This document shows, piece after piece, positions 54,800-64,000 of a DNA stretch of 64,000 nt. The stretch lies in NCBI GenBank assembly GCA_965644295.1, contig CBFFRP010000143.1, positions 160,701 to 224,700 on the forward strand, written 5' to 3'. Both the position numbers and the translations under genes were made by a program. The notes beneath the pieces are model-generated. The model was given only the letters and a program-made list of their open reading frames with translations, was not told where the DNA came from and ran no database searches. This DNA comes from Paraphysomonas bandaiensis (Eukaryota; Protista; Chrysophyceae). The number at the start of each line of letters is the position of its first letter. Position 1 is the stretch's first letter.

Positions 54800-55880
54800 A
54801 TAACGTTCATAGAGAACTTTTCCTTCACATACAAGAACGAAAGCAGCTTTCGTAGCATTATATAGTAGGATATGAGAATGTACAAGATAGATACAGGTAG
54901 ACGCCTATCTAGCTTGACTAGTTCCTTATCCAGTTACTAATCTGGTGCTGATTCTCAACGCTTATTGCCAATAATAAGACTTTCATATCACGGTGTTACT
55001 TTTCGATCTGATACACAAACGCATGTGTGCAATTGAGGTATCCGTAAAGCATTGTTCCAACGAATGAATGACAAGTAACGTGTGAAGATGTTGGTTGTAA
55101 CTCCATATAGTTAACTAAATGTGTTGTATAGTGCACCACTTCTCGCGTATGCAATCTGAACTGTATCTCTGTGTATGCATCACTTCTACTCTGCATTTTC
55201 AGCTCTTCGCTGGAATGTTTTTATGTATGTGTAAACTAGAGGCTGTCGCTTCCATTATCACACTAATTCTCTTCATTGTGATACCAGAATTGAGTTTTTG
55301 TTACAGTGGCTTGTAAGAGTCTTTCGTGCTGAGCCTTCCAGGATACGCCACCATACCATGGCACACTGACTCACTCACCGCTGCAGATATGTAGATATCG
55401 CTCATCATGCTGCTAGGTAGAGATACAGCAACATCCTCTATGAGATAACTGTCCGTCCGCCCGTTAACGGCCAGGGATGGAAAAACGGGCTACCGTTGTT
55501 GGAGGGAATTTTATGTACAGAGCAGCACGAGGAGCACACCGACACCTACGACATCATGTACTGCTGTATATACCATATATCTACTGCTGTATACAATATA
55601 TGGTGCCTACAGTATGGGCTTGTGTGGAAGATTGTTTGATATGATGGTATTCTATTCTGATTCTCGTACACTGTACTCATCCAGTGACTTCCACTCCTCA
55701 CATCACTCATCGCATACAGACACTTCATTCGAAAGAAGTGTTTATATTTCGCTGCGTATGACTGTATAGTACAGTGACTGACGTATCAGTGTAGTCGTAT
55801 AGTATCATATCGTGTAGTATCGTATAGCTTGATAGGGACCTACAAGTCCATTACATAACCACCCCCATCATCCTCCCGGT

Positions 55881-57768
55881 ATGTCGGATCCGGCTATTCA
55901 AACAGAGGCTGAAGTTAAAGGTCGCTTCAAAGTGAAGCATGTAGGGCCTGTTGATGTCAACACACGTCTGTCTCATCTCTTATATGTCCCGCATATCTCC
56001 AGGTGAAGCCCACAGGGGATGAGGCTGATCACAAGACTGCTCCTACAGGTGGAGGTGTTGAGTCAGGCGGCGATATGATATCATCTACTGTTCAATCATC
56101 AGCAACAGCAGCAGCATCAGCAGTGAAGCATATCGACGCAGCTGCGACACAGGAATCAGAAATAATCGGACGATTTAAGGTCAAGCATGTAAGTTATTCC
56201 TTCCCGCTTCCATACCATACATCTCTGATACTGGAGCAGGTGAAGCAGAGCGATGATACTGCGGGCGGAAATGAAGTTAAAAATAAAGCTGCTGTGGAGA
56301 ATAGCAGTAGTACTGGGACGGCGAATTCCGGGGTAGAAATACTTAACCCACAGAGCGAAGATGGAAAGGTATCAGGCCCAGTTACTAGCGGAACAGTTGC
56401 CAAAAAGAGTAGATTCACCGTATTATCTGGAGGATCTGGCAGTCCTTCTAAGCATCTACCACCCTCTTCGAATGATGCAGGCCCGACTCCCACTATAGTA
56501 AGAGTGGGAAGTGGAGGTACTAAGCCTCAAGTTGCTGTTGCGGACGAGAAAACAGCATCTGAAGTCCCCGCCGCTCCAACTAGCACAACTAAGGCACCGG
56601 GCAGGAAGAGCAAGAGTCGTTTCACTGTGAAAACTATTCCCATTGAGGTGAATAGTTACAATGTGTGATGTAAGCATGACATTGTGGTATCGCAGGACGA
56701 CAAAGAAACCTCCGACCACACAAATCAGAGCTCCGCTGGTACCTGCGTTGTATTTCTTCCGTATTTTTTAACTATTCTTCCTGCATAGGTGTAACTTGTC
56801 CCTCTCCCACACTGCGACCTCTTCCTACTACTCGAAGGCATACTTCACAAGGATTGGAAAGCACCCCTGGTGATACAGACTCCCCGCTAGGCCTTCAACT
56901 GCTTTCTCTGCAGCAGCAGGGGGGTGCGGGGCGTCTACAGCAGCTTCTTGAAAGTAATTATCACATCCTTGCAAGTATCCAGAGCGCTCTCGCCACTTCC
57001 AGTGATGCTCGCCCTCGCCCTTCTTCCGCTATGCAGCAACCAGTTCATCAGCAGCAACCATCTCGGCCGCCTGCAACCCAACAGACTGGTGGTGTAGGAT
57101 TCAAGCCCATTGAATGTCACACCGCGGGCAACAGTGAAGCACCACCACCGGACGCCCTGCATACCACACGCCCCCCTTCTATTAGTACCAACAGCAGTCG
57201 AGAAAAGGACAAGCCCTTTGGCAACATGCTGCACCATTTGAATGAAATGAAGAAAGAGGTAGACGAGGCTGCACATGCAGGAGAAATACATCAAATGGAA
57301 AAGCGAATGTTGAGGGTAAAATGCGCAAAATTGGAGGAGAAATTGCAGTTCGAGCGCAACGTAAGAGCATCTTTGGAAGAGCGGTTGGAGAAAGCTTTGC
57401 AAACTCAGAGGCAGTTACAACAGCAGGTCGACGCCTTGCTTCACCAGCAGCAGCACGGAATGCACCACGAACAGCAACAGGCTTGCCCGATACTGCAAGG
57501 TGGTTCCGACCACCTGCCTGTCCCTACAACCGGTATAGGAGCAGGAGACACACGGAACCGGCAGAGTGGGTCTTGTTTACAGGAAATGGAAAATGCTGCG
57601 CTCTGTAGTATAGGCTCCCCATCTGTTGCTTCCTCATTAGGAATTGGACAGTCAGTCAGAAGCAATGGAAGTGATGACTTCGACTCTTTTTTTGCCTCTC
57701 GCGGCGTGTGGCCGGAGAGTGAACAGACTTTGAATTTGAATCACAATGGCAGTGTTGGTGGGACTTAA
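55881..57768 (+). CDS. Disordered, Q-rich coiled-coil protein with four RFxV motifs
   Basis: MSDPAIQTEAEVKGRFKVKH|intron|VK.., IIGRFKVKH|intron|VK, KSRFTVLS, KSRFTVKT; heptad-rich LNEMKKEV..LQQQVDALL in the last exon. Confidence 0.8.
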
Positions 57769-59037
57769 ATATCCTTCTCAAACCAGACATATTAGAGATA
57801 GAGCTTGCGTGCTTGTTGTGTGCAGTGTGGTGGTAGTAATTCGTAATGCTGAAGTTGAGTATTGCAATTCGAAATATGTTGCTGGGTGTTGAATCTGGAT
57901 TGGACATATTTAATTTGAGCGAGTGGGTTAATAAAAAACTTGTGCTTTCAACCTCTGTTTTTGTCCTACCCTATATCGTAAGAGATGCGGTTCGCATGTT
58001 CTGCCTGGGACAGTAGATTCGGATACCTCTCCACCTTGTCGGTCCAAGACTCACATTCCTAGCGTTCTCAACAACCCCAAAACTTTGGTCTCCCTCTCAA
58101 AACCCGATTATCCAACTATTCACAAATTGCAGGCAGATCTAACCTTACTGTAGTCTTAGCTCCTCATCTTGAAACTGCGCTGTATTTAGTATCTGGTACA
58201 CTGGTATATGTCCTTTAATTGCTGAAACCCGAATATATCAATGCTATTAAACATGCCTTATCTCATTTGGTGTGTTAATATCTTTTTCAACTGTTCAGTG
58301 AATACTTTCTCCTTCTGAATTCTTGTGACCTTATGTGCCACGGATTTGACTTGCCCTTGTCCGCTTGGTTTATTCTGATACCAGGCAAGTTGTCAAGTTA
58401 CACTTTCTGTAAAAGAAATTCCATTTAAAGTTAGGGTAGTTTAGATGTTGCGCAATCGTTACTTCAAGTCCTAAGCTTACAACAATAGGATTTACGTATT
58501 GTGTATAGTGTATAGTATTCTGATGGTATCGTTTGCGATGTCAAACTATGACTCGATTAAAAGAGTCATAAAATTCCCATGCAAATATATAAAACGTAGA
58601 CATAGATATCATTATGATGTTTACTGTTATTCATGTAGTGTTGGGTGTAGGGTATACATTCAGTTCCCATATCGAAGTTAGGTCCAAAGACTAAAGACAA
58701 TAAGGCTTCATTACAAACGCACAATGAATAATGACAGGACAATAGGAGTGTGCATACTATAAGTGAAATTCCTGTGATGTACCATGACTTCTATTATGTA
58801 TTAGTTATGGTTCTGTCGGTAAGTTTTAGGGAATATGTAACCAGCGTAACCTCTTTAACTGGTGCTGTAAAGTGTAAAGGCATCGGTTGCTACATACGAA
58901 TTACAAATGCCTTTTCAGTATAGGTGCACACCAACACTCTATTTCACTATCGTAAACTTAACTATAAACTTCTAGTAAGTATATTGGTTCCAAAAGATAA
59001 ATATCTCTATACAATGAGAGCTGCAAATGACTCTACA

Positions 59038-59675
59038 TCATGCTCGGGTCACCATCATACAGTTGGGGTACTTCGTGGTGCATCTCGAATGCCTGAGCAC
59101 AGAGCTCGCTGGAGGCGTCATTATCACTAGCACAGGTCCATCCTTCTTCTTCAGGTATATGCAGACGCTATTCATCAAATTAAACACTTCAACGTAAAGA
59201 AAGAAGTTCTATTACCACAAATACATTCTGTCCTTTTTCAACCACAGCGTGGCTCCTCTGTACAACCTTCAGTACGTATCATTACACAAACTTCCCTTAT
59301 TATGATGCTAAAACCTTCCCAGTCTTCCATCCTGTGGGCGTGGGAACCCCTCCAATAATGTCTACCCCTTTGTATGCTTTTATTCCATCGTCAATAGATA
59401 CGAGGAACTTATGCCTGATAGGGAGGTTTATAGTGCATTGATTGATACTCCATCACTCACCATGGGCAGGATACCACACTCTTTCCTATGTCTTCAATGT
59501 CTATGACATTGCCAAGAGTGAGAGGTCCTCCAGCGTGATGGCATATGGAGTCAATGCACGACAATCTGCCTTTATGACGGAACACAGTCACATACCTGCC
59601 CTCGATACACGTGTGAAGTCTCTCACCGTCTCGAGGGAAGGAGGATGCAGACACCAACCACCACAGCCCTGACAT
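59038..59675 (-). CDS. Rieske [2Fe-2S] domain protein (RFESD-like), multi-exon
   Basis: DSICHHAGGPL (CxH) and VSCPW|H (CxxH, split by an intron); later exons KFLVSIDDG, VVQRSHAV, CASDNDA. Confidence 0.85.
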
Positions 59676-60439
59676 GAGTGGTGTCTCAAGTGTATTTCTA
59701 TCAGCTGCAACTGCTCTCTCGCTCCATATATACACACATACACAGCAGTACGAGCACCAACTGAGAGTTAACCAGCTGTTATACGGGCGTATACTGCACG
59801 TATTTTGGAAAGGACAAATAAAATGTATAGCCAATCAAATATATCCAGCTGAAGTAACTGTATATCTATTGGCCAATATCCACTGAGAGTGCTCGACATG
59901 TATGTACAGCAGGAGGTGCAGGTGCATGAGAGGACGATACGGTTAAGAGCAGAGCTGAGTGGGTGGGTGGTCCTATCGAATCGAGGGACTGAACAAGCCG
60001 AATACTCATCGCTGTTCATCAGCTAAGACCACAGTCTGTTGATGATGGACTGCTGTGTATCGCATAGTCTGAGCATACGAACATGCTGTGAGTAGCTGTG
60101 CACTCACATACGGCTCCAGTTTTCTGAGAGAATCCCACGAAAAAAGTCACTATACGTCAATAGTAATGCACGTCTATTGGTGTATTTTTCTGGCTGAATC
60201 TAAACGCCTACTCACAGGCAATCATACAATAGAAGAACTATTGAATTGTATTTTACATCGCATAGACGATTTCACACTGTAATTAATCACGAAAAAGATA
60301 TATATACTGACTCTAAGAACAACTTCGCCGGCGCGTCAATATATGATTTTATATGAATTCCATCAAATAATTCAAGGTTCTTCATGCTGTAGTTCTTCCG
60401 CAGCCAAGTTCTACTCGTTTCATTTCATGCCCCACTCTC

Positions 60440-61075
60440 AACTTCAGTATATGCTGAGTTTCACAAGATGGTGGCTCAGTTGCTGTACCTGGCCAAAGGG
60501 TTAGACCAGACATACTGCTTACAGTCAACATAGCACGAGAGTCAAAGAATCGACGCGCTTTGACATGGAGAAGCTTGGCAGGGTGACCGCTACCTGAACA
60601 CTGACTAAGGGACAGGACTTGTTGCTGTGCGTGGAAAGAATCTTACCATTCTGGATACGTCGATGCGGCATTTGGGGACTCCTGAAGATGGAAAGGGTCA
60701 TTCGGGTCTGGTCGTAAAGGTGGGGGATGCAGCAATTATACTTACAAATCGTCGAAACAGCGCATTGTGACACGTGACTCGACGGGAATCGGGAGTTGGT
60801 AGGTCTATCAGATATTATTGATGATTGTGCAATGGTAAGAATTCATAAGGAACAAGGATACAGTATTGTGCACCTCGAGTATTTGCAAGACAATGCCTCG
60901 ACTCTATCTCTTGTAACGAAAGGCGGAGGCAAAAATGTCGTACAAAATACCTGCGTGTGAGAGGCGTGAATTCATCAAGGAAAGGGCAGATGAAGGAAGC
61001 ATTCAGTGGAGTACTTACCCACAAGATGATGCTGGCTGATGCGTTGACGAAGCCCCTCTCAAGGTACTCTGGCTA
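60440..61075 (+). pseudogene. Degenerate copia RT/RNase H remnant
   Basis: Frameshifted FHKMVAQLLYLAK, STRVKE, YVDAAF, GHSG, KSSKQRIVT, ELVGLSD, RTKYLRV, MLADALTKPL. Confidence 0.8.
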
Positions 61076-61474
61076 GGATTTATGACATGCTTGATATCGT
61101 GGGAAATAGCCCACATGCCACAGGGTGCGTGAAGCAAATAGTGATTCAGTATAGAGAATCCCAGTGATGGAAATGAAAGTCAACGTACACATTCGTTTTT
61201 GTCACAGTGATTGTTTTCAGTTATTGTACATGTGTGACTCTAGCCCAGGATGCAGTGAGAGTGTACAGTAGAACAATCAACTGTAGTATTATTGTGTTGT
61301 AAGAACCTGTAATTTTTCTATCACTAACGATTTCTGTAGTATTTGCAAGACTTGTCTTTTGCCTACCTGTAGTGTAGATTTGAACGGAGGACAACAGGCG
61401 ACTGGATCCGTGGTGTTTGATTAAGTCTGTAGTATCAGTGTTGTATTTTCGATCCAAGTACGTATTTCTCTACG

Positions 61475-61549
61475 ATGTATGTATGTATGTATGTATGTAT
61501 GTATGTATGTATGTATGTATGTATGTATGTATGTATGTATGTATGTATG

Positions 61550-61581
<32 letters not shown>

Positions 61582-61622
61582 TGTATGTATGTATGTATGT
61601 ATGTATGTATGTATGTATGTAT
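61475..61622. repeat. (TATG)n microsatellite with one interruption
   Basis: About 36 units with an ATATGT slip near 61551. Confidence 0.95.
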
Positions 61623-61739
61623 TGTGGCATGAAACTCTAGTTTTTAGAGGCTGGGATTTCTTTCACTTCGGGAAACATTAGGTTTCCCTTCCAGGATACA
61701 GTAGTCTAGTGGCTGTAGTTTCATGCCAGACTAGTCATA

Positions 61740-63600
61740 CATGATTCTTATATGCGTAATAATCATTATATTCCTAGTCAAAGCCTTTTCTTGTTGTCTC
61801 GCGTAGTTCCATCACAATATCGATATTTGAACGAATTATGACTGAATAACACAAGGAAAGTGCTAAGAAAGTAGGGAAAAAGATAGGAGTGTGCAGGTTC
61901 AGAAACCCGTGGCTTCCACCTCGAGGGAGGAGGAGGAAGGGCGGTAGTCTCTCTGGATTCGAACCAACGCAGGGGTTGCGGAGGAGAGTCGTTAACTACT
62001 CGAGAATGTCTTCAGGAGGTAGTGAATGAAGGAAATCAAGGAAATCGTGGAGAAGTCTGGATGGGAAGTGGAGACTTGGGCTGCGCTGGAGCTCCAGTCG
62101 GTGGGGGTTTGTCACTTCCGCCAAACTCTAGTTCTGAGCAGAGGGAAGGTTAATTACCAAGGTAGGGAGAGAAAGGAATAAAGGTCAGCAAGGGAGGTGG
62201 GGAGAAACTTAGGGAGAATAAGGAATGGGAGGCCTCTAGGGGGCGAGAGTCTCCCAAAGGGAGGGAGGAGAGGAGTTCCTCGGGGAATTTTGAGAGGGTC
62301 AGGGAGATCGAGGGAGAGATCTCGTAGTTATTCCGACTCCGGGAGAATGAAGAGCAGGAAGATATGAGCGCTCTTCCCTCAAGGAAGAGTATTATGAGCG
62401 GTGGAAGATCGAGAAAGGGACGATCGAGTTGAAGTAGTAGATCTCAGGAGTAGAGAATCAAAAAAAGATCTCGTCGCGAAACTCCAGAAGGTTGAGAGCC
62501 TCTGAGCTAGAGGTGGAAAGTCTGCAGCAAGGGGTGCAGCAGTTAAGGTCGTCGTTGGAGGGGCAGCGTTCGACGGAGGGGACAGGTCCGGAGGAGCACC
62601 GCCATACCGCGACAAAGCAGTATAGGGAGGGCAGAGGAAGCTAGCTCGTCCAGTAGTACCCTCCTGGTTACGTCTAATGACGTTCCTCCATTAGTCGCGA
62701 CACGAGCGCGGTGGAGGTTATATTGAGAAGTGTCGCCTTTACTTTCACAAGAGTGGTGGGAGAGAGGTAGACCACGATCGCCTTCAATCTCAACCAAAAT
62801 GGCGGCTAAGATAGACTTTTATGAGGAGACGTTAACGGGAAAGTTGACGACTGGAAGGATCCGAAGGTGTTACCGTCGGAGGATTTCTATACACGTTCCT
62901 TCGTAAGATGGTGAAGGATCTGAGGCATATGGAGGTAGTGGAACCTTTTCAACATATTCGCGAGTGGGCTCGCGAGTTTCACCTTCCGGAATGTCAGAGA
63001 TGTTATGGACTGGGGTGCGGACCTCAAGTTGAAATTGGAAAAGGAGGAAGGATCCAGCACATGGGAGAGGAAATAAGGTTTGGATCGAAGATTTCAAACG
63101 TTCCCTCCCGAATTGATCTTCCGTTCATGATCAGGCTCGAAGGAACAGATTTCTGACAGAAGGTTCAGCCCATTTTTGAGGAGTTTGTCGGAGGACAAGC
63201 GAATTTGTTGGAGTTATTTGACAGCCTTGCACAAGAGCCGTTACAGCTATTAGGGATGGCTGGAGGCTGTGGGGCCGCACATGACTTATTTGTGGCACGA
63301 CGAGTAGCCCCGAGGATCGATGGGAGGGCGATCCGAGGCAGACCAACAGGATCGGAAGGGGGCCGATCAACGGGAGAGAAAGCGCACGCATTCACCTGCG
63401 AGGAGTTCGCAGGTGGTTCGTCTAGTGCTGGAAAAGCGACAAGAGAGCGAAGAGTAGCTCTCAAACGGATGTGTCCGAAATTCTTGAATTCAGATCGATG
63501 CAATGTGTGTGGTCATAGGGAGTGGCACAAGAGTGCGGGTGTCACTTAAGCAAGCTGGGGCAACTTGGATCAAACGTAAAATGGAGAGAGAGTGTGCAGT
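61740..63600 (-). mobile_element. Probable degenerate LINE 5' part (Pro/Ser-rich ORF1-like region plus start of an AP-endonuclease)
   Basis: Purine-skewed plus strand; broken Pro/Ser-rich minus-strand ORFs; NIDIVMELRET near 61795-61830 resembles the APE DIxxLQET motif; no introns. Confidence 0.35.
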
Positions 63601-64000
63601 AGCTAAGGATATTTTGTGAAGAGGGCCAACATGCATTTACTAGAGAGGATGGGTCTTAAAACCAAAGCGGTTCATATGGAAAAGGGGCTCAAGGTGAGAG
63701 TCCCATGACGATGTGCATTCTGATGGTATGACTGTTATGGCCGCAAGTCTTTTCTTCATTGCCGTTCATAGCAGTTTGTTGTATGCAATGAACAGGGGGA
63801 AGAAAAGGACATGTAAAGCTCTACTGGATACAGGCATAGGCTAACTTCATCAATGCAGAATGTAGCTGAATGGTTAGTAGATAGTAGTTCTATTCCTATT
63901 CCCGTAAGTAAGAATATCGCTGGGGTTTAAATCAGCAAGTGCTTTGTGTGAGAGGGTGTGTCCCTCAGAGATCTTTACGAGGTAAAGGAACCTCCAGTGT

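Noticed and set aside
61945-62010. GGTTCGAATCC B-box-like motif on the minus strand (similar at 3853 on plus)
   Set aside because: No cloverleaf or acceptor stem can be built; the 3853 case is an exon-intron junction.

Overview
This is a eukaryotic nuclear window, not prokaryotic: genes are compact and split by many short (~40-60 nt) GT-AG introns under the standard code. The style suggests a stramenopile (possibly chrysophyte-like) protist, but that is inference only. About 14 host genes are reconstructed by manual splicing: ETF-alpha, a secreted type-B carboxylesterase, a tandem-repeat protein with a capping-protein-interaction (CPI) motif, a myristoylated EF-hand protein, a PP2A-B56-like/PDK1-like kinase fusion, an ELM2-SANT protein with four copies of an unassigned domain, a small 4-TM protein, PDI, TruA, a sulfotransferase, an internally duplicated unknown protein, a large beta-helix/multi-TM surface protein, an RFxV-motif coiled-coil protein and a Rieske protein. 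Mobile DNA includes an intact, very young Ty1/copia element (identical 292-bp LTRs, TG..TA termini, CACAT TSD), an internally deleted hAT element, LINE and copia remnants, a foldback element and an AT-rich virus-like two-ORF island. The most interesting signals are the B56-kinase fusion, the RFxV scaffold, the CPI-motif protein and the four-fold repeated domain. All domain calls come from motif recognition by eye; no database searches were run.
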